Positions 63,441 to 64,000 of a stretch of 64,000 bases of DNA are shown here, piece by piece. Every line of letters begins with the position of its first letter. Within the stretch, counting starts at the first letter, position 1. The position numbers and the translations under genes were made by a program. The notes beneath the pieces are model-generated. The model was given only the letters and a program-made list of their open reading frames with translations, was not told where the DNA came from and searched no databases. The stretch comes from Eledone cirrhosa. Lineage: Eukaryota. The stretch spans positions 26,598,001-26,662,000 of the forward strand of contig OZ024744.1 of assembly GCA_964016885.1 (NCBI GenBank), in the 5' to 3' direction.

Positions 63441-64000
63441 CTCTCTGGAAAAATCTGCTGTACTCAGACCTGGAGAGCGTCTGCCAAGCTAAAAATGCTC
63501 AAGAAACCCCGTATATCAACACGGCACCTCTACGACTCTATCAAGAATTATGGGACTATACCCTACTATACCATTTCTTTCTACACAAAGTCTACTACCA
63601 TCAATTTAGTAACAACAAACTAAGTAATAAACAACAATTGACATTCTACAAATTAAATTATCAACAGTCGATACATTTAGTGAGTATCACTTATCAAATT
63701 TAACAAATTAATATAAAGAAAACTTTCAAAGGTTTTGCCTTGGTTTTGCTCCTGTTTTTACTTGGATATAAATATTATATAACATAAAATTTGAAGTGTG
63801 AAAGCCACGACAATATGAAATGAAAGAATAAAGAGTGAAACAAAATGTTATGTGTTTTACCTTAATTTATTTATATCCTGATATTTCGAGATTAATCTGT
63901 TTTCAATTTGGTTTTCGTGCCAATCCTTACCTGTTGTCATGAATATTGGGCAATGACCGAAAGGATATAATCGCGAATACAAGCAGCCGAAATGGGTTCC

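Noticed and set aside
63872-63915. Minus-strand TTGAAAA..GAAAtaTC motif as a hammerhead
   Set aside because: Stem I cannot form and stem II is marginal

Overview
Repeat-dominated animal genomic DNA with no recognisable host gene. The SINE family and microsatellite load suggest a mollusc, most likely an octopus (inference). Contents: (TA)n, (TACA)n, (TG)n, (GA)n, (TAA)n and (GATA)n microsatellites; two decayed CR1-group LINEs; one intact 1130-aa R4/Dong-type RT+RLE retrotransposon between (TAA)n tracts; RTE fragments, one 5'-inverted with a TSD; a CRE-like RLE fragment; a 3.5-kb purine-rich 28-bp satellite; about 10 tRNA-headed SINE copies; several Helitrons; a 16.7-kb same-strand array of six Tx1-like (L1 clade) pieces separated by (GATA)n; and an internally deleted Penelope-like element. 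The main hidden signal is about 15 type-I hammerhead ribozyme motifs from about 9 sequence families, found by eye. They lie in short non-coding, often inverted-repeat units in (TA)n tracts (Penelope pLTR or retrozyme-like) and include recurring non-canonical cores (U4A, U4C, compensatory U3:A8). All RNA folds were paired manually; nothing was computed or tested.
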